Numbered from the stretch's first letter, positions 38,640-48,573 are shown. The stretch is 52,385 nucleotides of DNA from Candidatus Doudnabacteria bacterium (GCA_038203095.1 JBBREH010000003.1:1-52385), one strand, 5' to 3'. Notes: generated by a model from the letters alone, not told the origin. Translations and numbers: made by a program.

Positions 38640-38724
38640 GCAATAATATTATTTTGTTATAAAAAATCATAAAAAATTGATCCTTAATTGAAATAGATAA
38701 ATAATTAAGGAATGTTAAAATTTT

Positions 38725-39978
38725 ATGAATAAACGAATTATCTTTTTTTGGAGTCTATACGATTTTGCCAACTCAATTGCAGTGGTGGCTTTCTATTTAT
38801 ATTTTTCCCAATGGCTTGTAGTTGATATGGGGGTAAGTGATTTTTGGTATAACATAATTTTCGTTGGGGCGACCGTGCTGTTACTGTTTACTGCCCCGGT
38901 TGCCGGAGCAATAGCGGACAAACAATTCGTAAGGATGTGGTTTTTGCGTGTCTCTACAGTTTTATTTTTTATGTCAGCTCTAGCCGCAGCGCTCTTAGCT
39001 GTTTTAGGGACTCAGGCTGCTACAATCGCACTACTTGCCGGCATAGCTTATATGATTGCTAATTACTTTTATCAGTTTTCTCTGACTTTTTATAATTCGC
39101 TCCTTACTGACATTGCGCCTTCAGGGTGGCAAGGTTTTATTTCGGGTGTTGGCCAGTCTTCAAACTGGCTTGGTCAGATTGTCGGAATTTTAATTTGCCT
39201 TCCGTTTGTAAACGGAATAGTCCATTGGTTTGGCCATTCCGGCCGAACGGCCGCTCTGCTTCCGGCCACGTTGATATTTTTTATTTTGTCCTTGCCACTG
39301 CTCATTGGCTTCAAAGACCAACCTAAAATAAAGAGCAGAATTATTGGCTCAGGCGAATATAAAAATCTTTTTCGCAATCTTGTAAGGCTTTGTAAAGCTC
39401 CCGGAGTTGGTAGATATTTGTTAAGCTTTTTCTTGTTTAACGATGCGATTCTTACCCTACAGAATAACTTTTCCATTTTATTAAATCAACTGTATCATAT
39501 CAGTGATACCAAGAAATCTCTTTTACTGCTTGCTATTTTAGTAACAGCGGCGCTAGGTGCTTTTATTTCCGGCTTTGTGGCAGACAGGCTGGGTCTTAAA
39601 AAAACGCTTCTGATTATAGTCGGATTTTGGATAGCAATTTTCCCAAGCATAGGCCTGGCGCCTTCATTTGTGGTGCTGGCTGCCGCGACAATTCTTATGG
39701 GGTTCTTTTACGGCTCAACGTGGACCGTCAGTCGAGCCGTCATGGTTTGTCTGGCACCGGCTAATGAGCTAAACCGGACCTTTAGCTACTACAGCCTTGC
39801 TGAACGCTTTTCTACATTTTTAGGTCCGCTCGTCTGGGGTCTTATAACCACAGGCTTGTTGCAGTATGGTTCCATCCGTTACCGCATTTCCATCATAAGC
39901 ATGACTTTATTTATTATTGCCGGCTTTATAGTGCTTAGAAAAATTCCCGATATGCCGCGGGACAAAAAGCTGTTATGA
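38725..39978 (+). CDS. MFS transporter (UMF1/Atg22-like)
   Basis: WSLYDFANS, GAIADK, FYNSLL, about 12 hydrophobic segments. Confidence 0.85.
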   Translation: MNKRIIFFWSLYDFANSIAVVAFYLYFSQWLVVDMGVSDFWYNIIFVGATVLLLFTAPVAGAIADKQFVRMWFLRVSTVLFFMSALAAALLAVLGTQAATIALLAGIAYMIANYFYQFSLTFYNSLLTDIAPSGWQGFISGVGQSSNWLGQIVGILICLPFVNGIVHWFGHSGRTAALLPATLIFFILSLPLLIGFKDQPKIKSRIIGSGEYKNLFRNLVRLCKAPGVGRYLLSFFLFNDAILTLQNNFSILLNQLYHISDTKKSLLLLAILVTAALGAFISGFVADRLGLKKTLLIIVGFWIAIFPSIGLAPSFVVLAAATILMGFFYGSTWTVSRAVMVCLAPANELNRTFSYYSLAERFSTFLGPLVWGLITTGLLQYGSIRYRISIISMTLFIIAGFIVLRKIPDMPRDKKLL

Positions 39979-40112
39979 ATTTAAAACAAATCTTCAAGGA
40001 CATTTTAAAGGCCGCAGCCTTTCCATATTATATTGATCACCACTTTATAGAGGAAGAGAAAGATTCCGCGGATGCGAAAGAAAGTAAAACCATCAAAAGA
40101 CAACATTCCTAA
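39975..40112 (+). CDS. Possible 45-aa peptide coupled to the MFS gene (not in ORF track)
   Basis: ATGA overlap with the MFS stop; precedes the terminator hairpin. Confidence 0.35.
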   Translation: MNLKQIFKDILKAAAFPYYIDHHFIEEEKDSADAKESKTIKRQHS

Positions 40113-40193
40113 CTGACATAATAAAACCCCGCTCCTTGACGGAGCGGAATTTTATTATATCACATTCACTTATCTCTTAGTGGCATTCTCTAA

Positions 40194-40760
40194 CTACATT
40201 CCCTTTACCTTAACCTTCTTTGTCTTAGCCTTTGCGGCCTTAGGAATAATTACTGTTAGGATGCCGTCTTTTAGGTCGGCTTCAATTTCTTCGCTGTCGA
40301 TGTCTACCGGAATTATTACGGAGCGGGAAAAATTTCCCCAGTAGCATTCCTGGTAAAAGTAATCGTCTTGAGCAATATTTTCTTCTTTTCTGCGAGCGCC
40401 TTTAATGGTAACCATATCGTTGGCTACGGTAATATCTATGTCTTCTGGGCGTACGCCAGCAATGGTAGATTTGATAATTACATTATCTTTTGTCTGATAC
40501 ATGTCTATATTTAGTTGGCCTTCAAAGTCGTTCATCCATTCCTCGTTACCTTCTTTTGTGATCGATTTTACGACTGGTTCCACAACCTCTTCCTCAATTT
40601 CAATTTCTTCCACAATCTCGTCCGGAGCCAATTCCTCCGCTTCCATTTCTTCTTCCTCCGCTTCCGGCGTGTATGAAACAGCTACCGGTTGCGGCGCTTC
40701 ATCAGTCACATTTCCTCCCATAATTTTCCCAAAAAATGATGTTTTCTCTTTCTTAGCCAT
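40194..40760 (-). CDS. Hsp20/alpha-crystallin family protein with acidic N-terminus
   Basis: LNIDMYQT...AGVRPEDIDI...QECYWGNFSRS...LKDGILT. Confidence 0.9.
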   Translation of the reverse strand: MAKKEKTSFFGKIMGGNVTDEAPQPVAVSYTPEAEEEEMEAEELAPDEIVEEIEIEEEVVEPVVKSITKEGNEEWMNDFEGQLNIDMYQTKDNVIIKSTIAGVRPEDIDITVANDMVTIKGARRKEENIAQDDYFYQECYWGNFSRSVIIPVDIDSEEIEADLKDGILTVIIPKAAKAKTKKVKVKGM

Positions 40761-40855
40761 ATATGTAAGTTTAATTGTGCCTGCCTGTTAGTATGCAGGT
40801 AGCTGTATGATAAACAATATAAGCAAAAGCGTCAAATGGCTTTGTTTGTTGAAGT

Positions 40856-41941
40856 TTATGTGTGAAGCAGTCCAAAAACTACTTTAGCGATTTGGGGTTT
40901 AATTGGTGCGATATTGTCCAGATTAGGGTTCAATTTCAACGAGGTTTTAAAATTTTTGCTCAATATTTCGTTGTTAATTTGGAGTTGTAAATTTTTTTCA
41001 GCCTGTAAAACAAATTTTTTAGAAAGTAGATATTTTAAGTTAAATTTTTCCTGTCCGGGCAGAGTATGGGTTATGATCATTGGCAGATTATACTGTAGGC
41101 CTTCGGCTATACTAAGTCCACCGGGTTTAGTTAAAAATAGGTCGGCGATGGCGTAGAGTTTTTGCATTGGCTGATAATAGCCTAATACTTTTACATTGGT
41201 ATCGGCAAAGTTTTTTGTTAGAGCGTCAAACAACTTTTTATTTTTGCCACACACGACTATTATTTTAATATGAATATTGTCCGACAGGGTTTTTAACAGC
41301 TCTTCATCAACCCCGGTACCTAAAGAGCCGCTGGAAACCAATACTATTTTTTGTTCGGGCGGTATTTCCAGGTTTTCCTTAACCGATGAAATGCTAATTT
41401 CAATTTTGGGTTTTAAAGTTATTCCACAAACAAATATTTTAGAAAGAGGTATGCCAAGGATGACCATCTGCTCCTTTTGTTCTTCTGTGTTTACCAAATA
41501 AAAATCCGCCTGGTCATATAACCAAAATTTATGCAAATGAAAATCGCTAAAAGCAACGCCAAACTTACCCGTGTACAATTGTTTATGTTTTAAATAGGCG
41601 ACCACGGCCGAGGCTGTGGTTTGTGTGGTAATAATCATGTCAGGCCGGAACTCTTTTATTAGAGAGTTAACAGCACCGAAATTGAAACCGGCTATAAAAA
41701 TCCTAAAAGGATAAACTAGGTAATATCCAAAATCATAAAGCCATTGCCAAAGAAAGGGTATGTATTTGTTAATTAGCTGGTGTAAGCTAACAATAATATG
41801 TTCAAACTTTCCAGTTTGGACTTGTCCAATATCGGCCAACTTAACTTTCGCCCCCGCCTCGCTTAAATAAAAGCCGATGTTCTCGGCAATGCTTTTGTGG
41901 CCCAGGCCAACGGAGGTGTAAAGGACGAGAATTTTTTTCAT
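40856..41941 (-). CDS. GT28 / MGDG-synthase-like glycosyltransferase
   Basis: SVGLGH, SDFHLH, CGKN, TKPGGLS, PGQE. Confidence 0.85.
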   Translation of the reverse strand: MKKILVLYTSVGLGHKSIAENIGFYLSEAGAKVKLADIGQVQTGKFEHIIVSLHQLINKYIPFLWQWLYDFGYYLVYPFRIFIAGFNFGAVNSLIKEFRPDMIITTQTTASAVVAYLKHKQLYTGKFGVAFSDFHLHKFWLYDQADFYLVNTEEQKEQMVILGIPLSKIFVCGITLKPKIEISISSVKENLEIPPEQKIVLVSSGSLGTGVDEELLKTLSDNIHIKIIVVCGKNKKLFDALTKNFADTNVKVLGYYQPMQKLYAIADLFLTKPGGLSIAEGLQYNLPMIITHTLPGQEKFNLKYLLSKKFVLQAEKNLQLQINNEILSKNFKTSLKLNPNLDNIAPIKPQIAKVVFGLLHT

Positions 41942-41942
41942 A

Positions 41943-42563
41943 TTATTGTAAAATTTTTGCCACTACTCTGCACGGGGCGGCTTCGGCTTGGAATTTGGCG
42001 GGTAGAGCAATTACCTCAAAAGTTTGATTGCCAACGAGTTGGCCAAGATTAGTAAGGTTTTCAATAATCAGGATATCAGCCGAAAGTAAAATTTTGTGTG
42101 TGGGATATGGCGCGCGGTCGGGGCTAGGCGTGTCCATGCCGATTATGGAAATTCCGATGTCGGCCAGCTTTTTCGCAAAGGCCCCACTAATTTCCGGGTA
42201 GTTTAAATAGTAGCCTTCTTCTTCGAACTCCGTTGCCCAATCAAAATAAACTAAAACAATATCACCCTTTTTAATGTCAGCCTTTTCCAGTAAATCCACA
42301 TCGGCTGATGGTTTTCCGCGTGTGTCAATAATTACTCCCCTGCCAAAAAATTTTTCCGTCGGATATTCGTGTAAATACTTGCCGCCCAAAAGCATGTGTG
42401 CCGGCGCGTCGATATGTGTGCCCACGTGCATCCCGGTTTTTAGGTCATAATGTAAAACTCCGTCTTTAGCCACGTCTGAAACTTTTACCAGCTCTGCTGT
42501 CGGGTCGCCCGGAAACACAGGCATATTGCTGTTAAAAGTGTGAGTGAGATCAATGTATTTCAT
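41943..42563 (-). CDS. Cyclase / kynurenine formamidase-like metal hydrolase
   Basis: MPVFPGDP, HVGTHIDAP, GMDTPSPD, IIENL. Confidence 0.88.
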   Translation of the reverse strand: MKYIDLTHTFNSNMPVFPGDPTAELVKVSDVAKDGVLHYDLKTGMHVGTHIDAPAHMLLGGKYLHEYPTEKFFGRGVIIDTRGKPSADVDLLEKADIKKGDIVLVYFDWATEFEEEGYYLNYPEISGAFAKKLADIGISIIGMDTPSPDRAPYPTHKILLSADILIIENLTNLGQLVGNQTFEVIALPAKFQAEAAPCRVVAKILQ

Positions 42564-43876
42564 AGTAATAACAAAGCCTGTTTAAGTTGTTCATAATTTA
42601 CCGCAATTTTAATGGCTTGCTTCTTTTTTTTCATAGCGCCTTGTAGTTGTTTGGGTAAAGGAATTTTTTTGTTAATCACCGGCTCAACTATCTCCTTAAA
42701 TTTGGCAGGATGTGCGGTGGAGAGAACTATTATTGGGTAACGGTCTTTGTCTGTTAATTGATATTGTAATGCTGCTTTTACTCCTACGGCAGTGTGGGGG
42801 TCTAAAATATAGCCATTCTTTTTATAAATTTGCCTGATGATATGTTTCGTGTCAGTGTCACTTATACTAATACCAATAATATCTTTTGTCATCTGCCGAT
42901 GGCTTTTGTGGTATATTTCCAGAATTCTGGCAAAATTGCTGGGGTTGCCTACGTCCATTGCGTTGGAAATAGTTTTTTTGGATTTTTTTGGCTCAAATTT
43001 TCCACTTTGTAAATATTTGGGCACAATGTTATTGCTGTTGGTTGCGGCAATAAATTTATGAATGGGCAGACCCATTTTTTTAGCCATTAATCCGGCAAAT
43101 AAATTGCCGAAGTTGCCGCTGGGAACAGCAAGTATTGGCGACCGGTTGTCGCCTTGTTTTTTAAGTTGTGCGTATGCCCAGAAATAATAAAACGATTGCG
43201 GCAAAAGTCGGCCAAAATTAATCGAGTTGGCGGAAGAAAATCGGATCTGGCGATTTAAATCAGCGTCACCTAAGACTTGTTTGGCCAGTTTTTGGCAATC
43301 ATCAAAACTGCCTTTAACCTCAATGGCTGTAATGTTATGGCCGTAAGTGGTGAGTTGTTTTTCCTGCAAGGGGCTGACTTTGCCGCTCGGGAATAAAATA
43401 AAAACTTTTATATTTGGTACTTTAAAAAAGCCGCTGGCGACTGCGCTGCCGGTGTCGCCGGAGGTGGCAACAATAATGTTTAACGGATTTTTATGGGCCT
43501 TTAAAAAATAGCTTAAAGACCTTGAAAGGAACCGCGCGCCAAAATCTTTAAACGCCATAGTGGGACCGTGGAAAAGCTCCAATAGGTATAAATTGTGATT
43601 CAATTTCTTTAGAGGCACAGGAAAAGTAAAAACGTCGTTGATAATGTTTTGTAACTGTTTTTCCGGAATGTCGGCGCTGTACTTTTTTGCCACAGAGAGC
43701 GCCAGCTGATTAAAATTTAATTTGTCAATATTTTTAAAAAACGCCGGCGGTAGAGACGGCCAGCTGTCCGGCATAAACAGGCCTCTATCGGGAGCCAGGC
43801 CTAAACACAGAGCATCCGACAAGCTAAAATTTTTGGATTTTTTATTAGTGCTATGAAATCGCATATTTAAGATCAA
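42560..43876 (-). CDS. thrC: Threonine synthase
   Basis: LFHGPTMAFKDFG, ATSGDTG, SANSINFGR, VPSGNFG, DPHTA, TAHPAKF. Confidence 0.95.
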   Translation of the reverse strand: MILNMRFHSTNKKSKNFSLSDALCLGLAPDRGLFMPDSWPSLPPAFFKNIDKLNFNQLALSVAKKYSADIPEKQLQNIINDVFTFPVPLKKLNHNLYLLELFHGPTMAFKDFGARFLSRSLSYFLKAHKNPLNIIVATSGDTGSAVASGFFKVPNIKVFILFPSGKVSPLQEKQLTTYGHNITAIEVKGSFDDCQKLAKQVLGDADLNRQIRFSSANSINFGRLLPQSFYYFWAYAQLKKQGDNRSPILAVPSGNFGNLFAGLMAKKMGLPIHKFIAATNSNNIVPKYLQSGKFEPKKSKKTISNAMDVGNPSNFARILEIYHKSHRQMTKDIIGISISDTDTKHIIRQIYKKNGYILDPHTAVGVKAALQYQLTDKDRYPIIVLSTAHPAKFKEIVEPVINKKIPLPKQLQGAMKKKKQAIKIAVNYEQLKQALLLL

Positions 43877-44381
43877 GACCTTTATAGATTAAACCATCAA
43901 TAACTTTTTTTGCCATTTCTTCCTTGCTTTGGTCGCCGGAGTTAAAAGTATAGTTGGCAAATTTTTCGTATAATACCGCCCTTTCTTCCATTAACTTTTT
44001 TAAGCCTTTTTCTTTAAGCCCAACAATCCCATTTTTGTAGAGCCTCTCCCCCATGCGTTTTTCAATAGTTTCAGGAACGGTTTTTAAATAAACAACCGTA
44101 GAATTTTGTTTGATTTTGTCCATGGCCAGGGGCGAATAAATCATACTGCCCGGCGGAGCAAAAACTAAACTTTCAAAATTAAGTTCTAAGGTTAACTTTT
44201 GTTCCAAAGCGGTAAGCGCATCTTCGCCGTTTTGCTTCATATAGTCGTCATGATGCATCCTTGTGGTTTTCATAATCAGTTTATCCAAATCCACAAATTT
44301 CCAGTTAAGCATTTCAGCAACCACTTTACCCACTGCCGATTTTCCTGCTCCTGCCATGCCAATAAATGTAATTCCGCGCAT
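43851..44381 (-). CDS. Shikimate-kinase-fold kinase, possibly a homoserine kinase
   Basis: P-loop GMAGAGKS, DLD, RxxLY; GGG replaced by PPGS; overlaps thrC. Confidence 0.7.
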   Translation of the reverse strand: MRGITFIGMAGAGKSAVGKVVAEMLNWKFVDLDKLIMKTTRMHHDDYMKQNGEDALTALEQKLTLELNFESLVFAPPGSMIYSPLAMDKIKQNSTVVYLKTVPETIEKRMGERLYKNGIVGLKEKGLKKLMEERAVLYEKFANYTFNSGDQSKEEMAKKVIDGLIYKGLDLKYAIS

Positions 44382-44385
44382 AAAT

Positions 44386-45711
44386 TTACAAATTAAGCGA
44401 ATTAACTATTTTATCAAACTTTTTATTGGAAAGTAGTTTTTTTGATAAAATTATTTGTCTTAAGGTTTGGCCACTGAGTACAGTTTCCTTAACGAGTTGG
44501 CTGACCGCGTCGTAGCCCAAAAGCGGGCTAAGCAAAGTTGCATAGGCCGTGGAATTTTCCAGCAGTTCGCGGCAGCGTTTTTTGTTGGCTTTAATGCCGG
44601 CTATACACCGGGTGGAAAATTGTAGTAGAAGTTCATCTGTCAATTTTAATGATTCAATTAAGCGGTCGGTAAGAATTGGTAGCATAACGTTTAATTCCAT
44701 TTGTGCTCCTTCGGCCGCGTGTTCAATGGTAAGATTGTTGCCGGAAACTAAAAAGTATAACTGGCTAACGGCTTCGCTTAGTACAGGATTTACTTTGCCC
44801 GGCATTATGGATGAGCCGGCCTGGAGTTCGGGCAATGCTATTTCTCCAATGCCGCCCCTGGGGCCGGCGCTTAGCCAGCGAATGTCATTGGAAATTTTAG
44901 ACAGATCAACGCAAAAAGCAGTTAAGCTTTGGGATAGAAATAACAGGTCTGTGCTGCTGCTGGTTTGTGCCATTAAGTTTTTAGCTGGTCTGACAGGTAG
45001 TTTGGTGACCTTTTGCAGCTCAGGGTAAAGTTTTTTTATATATTTCGGCGAAGCATTTACCGAGTTGCCAACGGCAGTACCTCCTAAATTTAAATCGCAA
45101 AGCGCTTCAACCGCATGGGCAATTCTGTCTTGTCCACGGGTAATATAAGCAGAGTAAGCAGTAAACTGCGAGCCTAAAGTAATTGGCACAGCATCTTGCA
45201 TATGCGTGCGGCCAAGTTTGTGAATGTCTTTAAATTCTTTTGCCTTTTTATCTAATGTAGATTTTAAAATATTTATGGTTAGCAATAATTTTTTTGTTTG
45301 GCGAATGGCGACAATTTTTAAAGCCGAGGGCATTACATCGTTTGTCGATGCCGACATATTTACGTGGTCGTTGGGGTGCACTATTAGTTTTTTGCTGGTT
45401 GATGATAATATTTCCGTAGCCCGATTAGCAACTACCTCATTTACGTTCATATGGTTAGACGTTCCGGCTCCGCCCTGAAACGCAGGCAGAATAAATTCGC
45501 CGTCTAATTTCCCCGTCAATATTTCATCACACGCCATTACTATGGCGCGTTTCCTTGGCTCGTCCAATTCCCCCGCCGCGGCATGAGCCAGGGCCGAAGC
45601 TTTCTTAATTTCCGCAATGGCATAAATAAACTCCTTTGGAGTTTTTCTAAAATCAAAAGGAAAATTTTTAATTGCTTTTTCGGTTTGTGCGCCCGAGTAT
45701 TTTTGAGGCAT
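44386..45711 (-). CDS. Aspartate ammonia-lyase / class II fumarase family
   Basis: FQGGAGTSNHMNVNEV, STND, GRTHMQDA, GSSIMPGKVNP. Confidence 0.9.
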   Translation of the reverse strand: MPQKYSGAQTEKAIKNFPFDFRKTPKEFIYAIAEIKKASALAHAAAGELDEPRKRAIVMACDEILTGKLDGEFILPAFQGGAGTSNHMNVNEVVANRATEILSSTSKKLIVHPNDHVNMSASTNDVMPSALKIVAIRQTKKLLLTINILKSTLDKKAKEFKDIHKLGRTHMQDAVPITLGSQFTAYSAYITRGQDRIAHAVEALCDLNLGGTAVGNSVNASPKYIKKLYPELQKVTKLPVRPAKNLMAQTSSSTDLLFLSQSLTAFCVDLSKISNDIRWLSAGPRGGIGEIALPELQAGSSIMPGKVNPVLSEAVSQLYFLVSGNNLTIEHAAEGAQMELNVMLPILTDRLIESLKLTDELLLQFSTRCIAGIKANKKRCRELLENSTAYATLLSPLLGYDAVSQLVKETVLSGQTLRQIILSKKLLSNKKFDKIVNSLNL

Positions 45712-45715
45712 AAAA

Positions 45716-46072
45716 TTAATCCCTGCTTAGCATTAATATTCTTTTTTCAAACCCACTGTTTTTTTTGCGTTTTTCATTTTGTATGACCGCGATGTCTTCT
45801 ATGCTCCAGCCTTTAAGTTTTAAAATTGCGTAAATTATTTCAAAAATATCAGCCAGCTCTTCTTGAGTGTTGCCAACTTTAATGGAATGCCGTAATTCGT
45901 GAGCTTCTTCAATTAATTTTTGTAACAGATATTTTAAGAACTCATTGTCCGATGTTAATACGCGGGTTGGCACAATTTGGTTGTTTTGGTCTTTTATTAT
46001 TTGCGGAATATTATCCCGAACTAATTTTGGATATTCAGACTCGATGGGGAGATTGGTGGGCTTAAAATCCAT
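45716..46072 (-). CDS. MazG-like NTP pyrophosphohydrolase (phosphoribosyl-ATP pyrophosphohydrolase-like)
   Basis: KLVRDNIP, KLIEEAHE, EELADIFE. Confidence 0.85.
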   Translation of the reverse strand: MDFKPTNLPIESEYPKLVRDNIPQIIKDQNNQIVPTRVLTSDNEFLKYLLQKLIEEAHELRHSIKVGNTQEELADIFEIIYAILKLKGWSIEDIAVIQNEKRKKNSGFEKRILMLSRD

Positions 46073-46135
46073 AAAAGGAAGGAATTTAATTCTATCCTAT
46101 TATAATGCTTTTTGTTATAATATGTAAGATCCTCC

Positions 46136-46225
46136 GGAGAGGTCGCATAGTGGTCTAGTGCGCTGGTTTCGAAAACCAGTAACCTCGTAAGGGGTTCGAG
46201 GGTTCGACTCCCTCCCTCTCCGCCA
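46136..46225 (+). tRNA. tRNA-Ser(CGA)
   Basis: Anticodon arm ctggt-ttCGAaa-accag, long variable arm, CCA. Confidence 0.95.
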
Positions 46226-46265
46226 CAAAAAATCCACGCAGTCCGCGTGGATTTTTTATGTAATT

Positions 46266-46955
46266 TTAGATCAAATTTTGGCAAAAGCTTAGGCGATGGA
46301 TGGGGCTTAGACCGTTTTTGATTATCGCGGTACGATGGATGAGGGTGGCGTAGCCTTTGTGCCTGGTTAGTTCGTAGTTTGGGTACTGTTTGTCAAACTT
46401 CCGCATTAGCCCGTCGCGGTAGACTTTGGCGATAATAGATGCCGCGGCAATAGATAGGACTTTGTTGTCGCCGCCAATGATGGGTTCTTGCATTATTGAC
46501 AACCCGGGAATTTTGAATTTACCATCTACCGCAAGAAAAAGTTTGTCATTTTTTGTGGTGTAGTGCAGGCCCTCGACCTGCGTTTTTGCCGATGGCAGCC
46601 CGTGGGGCTGCACTACATCTGCCATCAGAGCTTCCCCCGCCTTCCGCATAGCCAGTAAACTTGCGTTATGAATATTTACAGCATCAATGTCTTGTGATGA
46701 AACTTCCGCAATGCTCCACAAGAAATATTTTTTAATAATTGTAGACAGTTGTTCGCGCTTGCTTGCTGTTAAAAGTTTGCTGTCTTTAACCTCTTTTAGA
46801 TTTGAGATTACAGATTTAAGATTAATGAATTCAGGTTTAAGAGTTACCGCCGCTGCCACAACCGGCCCGGCCAAGCATCCCCTGCCCACTTCATCGCAAC
46901 CGATTATATAAGAGTAGCCTTGTTTGATCTTTTGGTTTTCGTATTTAAAATTCAT
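46266..46955 (-). CDS. rnhB: Ribonuclease HII (with repeat-derived insertion)
   Basis: GCDEVGRGCLAGPV, DSKLL, VDG, GDNKVLSIAAASIIAKV, HKGYAT, HRLSF. Confidence 0.95.
   Translation of the reverse strand: MNFKYENQKIKQGYSYIIGCDEVGRGCLAGPVVAAAVTLKPEFINLKSVISNLKEVKDSKLLTASKREQLSTIIKKYFLWSIAEVSSQDIDAVNIHNASLLAMRKAGEALMADVVQPHGLPSAKTQVEGLHYTTKNDKLFLAVDGKFKIPGLSIMQEPIIGGDNKVLSIAAASIIAKVYRDGLMRKFDKQYPNYELTRHKGYATLIHRTAIIKNGLSPIHRLSFCQNLI
46559..46617. repeat. REPIN-like doublet inside rnhB
   Basis: tgtagtgcag...ctgcactaca termini with two internal hairpins. Confidence 0.8.
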
Positions 46956-47027
46956 TGTTCAATATCAAACAGTAATTTTTAATTGTGGTTTCACCGCCGA
47001 GACTGAACAAAAACAATGGAACACAAA

Positions 47028-47282
47028 TTAGCCGTATTTTAGCTTTAAGCCAATCATAGAAAGATTCATAATTAAAGTTAATGAACTCATTATGACAAGC
47101 GCGTAACTTCCCAAAGTAAATCCATACCAGACCCAAAGGCCTTGGCCAATAAGATTAATAATGCTCCACGAAATTGCTATGTCTTTTGTGGATTTGGTTT
47201 TCCAAGACTTTATAATTTGGGGCAAAACAGATATGGTTACAAACAGCCCAGCTACAAAACCAATAATTTCATTTGTTTGCAT
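47028..47282 (-). CDS. SemiSWEET / PQ-loop family transporter
   Basis: LPQIIKSWKTKSTKDI, LWVWYG, three TMs. Confidence 0.88.
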   Translation of the reverse strand: MQTNEIIGFVAGLFVTISVLPQIIKSWKTKSTKDIAISWSIINLIGQGLWVWYGFTLGSYALVIMSSLTLIMNLSMIGLKLKYG

Positions 47283-47386
47283 AAGATTTTTTTAAATTTG
47301 GTATGATATTTTATAAATAAATAACAGATTTCTCACTCGGATGCACCTTTCGAAATAGGACTTAATTTGCTATGCAAAATTTATTT

Positions 47387-48562
47387 TTAAAGTTTCCCTG
47401 ATCCGAGTTTTCCTCCACTTAACTGTTTTAGCACGCTGGACTCAAAGGTAAAATTAATTTGTCTTTTGCTCTCGTATTTTTCCCGGGCAAATTTTATTAG
47501 CTCGGTTAACAGCTCGCCAAGCTCAAGTCCCGAAGCCTTCCATAAATGATGATATAAAGTGCCTGGCAAAGGGTTGACCTCATTGGCAAAAAATTCTTTA
47601 GTTTGTTTGTTGTATAAAAAATCTACCCGGGCAATGCCGCAACAGCCTAAAGCCTTGTATACTTGTTTGGCTGTTTCTTGAATGGCCTTTGTTGTAGTTT
47701 CATCAAGTCGCGCCGGGATAACTAAGTTATTGGTGGCCTTGCCGGTTTGCGCTCCACCATCGCTAATATATTTGTCGTCAAAATCGAATAAGTCATTTTT
47801 AAATACCGATTCCTGCAAGACCGAAGCGCGGAGGTCTTGGTTGCCGATAATGCAGCAGGTGACGTCCATTAAATTTTCCACCGCCTCTTCTATAATTACC
47901 TTGTCGTCATAATGCAAAGCAACTTCTATTTTTTGAACCAACTCCTTTTCGTTCTTTGCTTTTCCTATGCCAATAGACGAACCCAAGTGCACCGGTTTAA
48001 CAAACACCGGCATTTGCAAACTTTTGATTTTGGTTATGGCATAGGTGGAATTTTCGTCCCATTCCTGTTTGTTAAACACAATAAACTTTGTGGTAGGAAT
48101 GCCGGCATATTGCATAACAATTTTTGTCAGCGCTTTGTCCATTGCCACTGCGGAGGCAGGCACATTACAGCCGACATAGGGAATGCCCAGCATTTCAAAC
48201 ATTCCCTGAATAGTGCCGTCTTCGCCATAGGTACCGTGGAGCGCAGGGAAAGCAAGGTCAATTGCAATTGTTTTACCAATAAAGCCTTTGCGCCGAAAAA
48301 CCATTTTGCCTATTGATTCTTCCAAATCCAAATAGTATTCGTAAAACTTTTTTTCATCTTCAACTTTTTTATTTGGATCGGTAAATAATTTTAAATTGCC
48401 CAAGTCCTCCCCCAGCATCCACTTGCCGGTTTTGGTAATGTAAACCGGCGTAACTTGGTAGCCCAAGCCCTTAAGCCCGCCAATTATAAGTTGGGCGGTA
48501 ATTATGGAAATGTCATGCTCAGTGGAACCCGAGCCAAAAAATACGCCAATGTTTTTAGTCAT
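47387..48562 (-). CDS. ddl: D-alanine--D-alanine ligase
   Basis: GSGSTEHDIS, LHGTYGEDG, MDK, GSSIG, EVNPLPG. Confidence 0.93.
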   Translation of the reverse strand: MTKNIGVFFGSGSTEHDISIITAQLIIGGLKGLGYQVTPVYITKTGKWMLGEDLGNLKLFTDPNKKVEDEKKFYEYYLDLEESIGKMVFRRKGFIGKTIAIDLAFPALHGTYGEDGTIQGMFEMLGIPYVGCNVPASAVAMDKALTKIVMQYAGIPTTKFIVFNKQEWDENSTYAITKIKSLQMPVFVKPVHLGSSIGIGKAKNEKELVQKIEVALHYDDKVIIEEAVENLMDVTCCIIGNQDLRASVLQESVFKNDLFDFDDKYISDGGAQTGKATNNLVIPARLDETTTKAIQETAKQVYKALGCCGIARVDFLYNKQTKEFFANEVNPLPGTLYHHLWKASGLELGELLTELIKFAREKYESKRQINFTFESSVLKQLSGGKLGSGKL

Positions 48563-48573
48563 AATTATACTTG

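Noticed and set aside
43851-44381. Assigning gene symbol aroK
   Set aside because: Shikimate-binding residues are altered and the context is threonine synthesis
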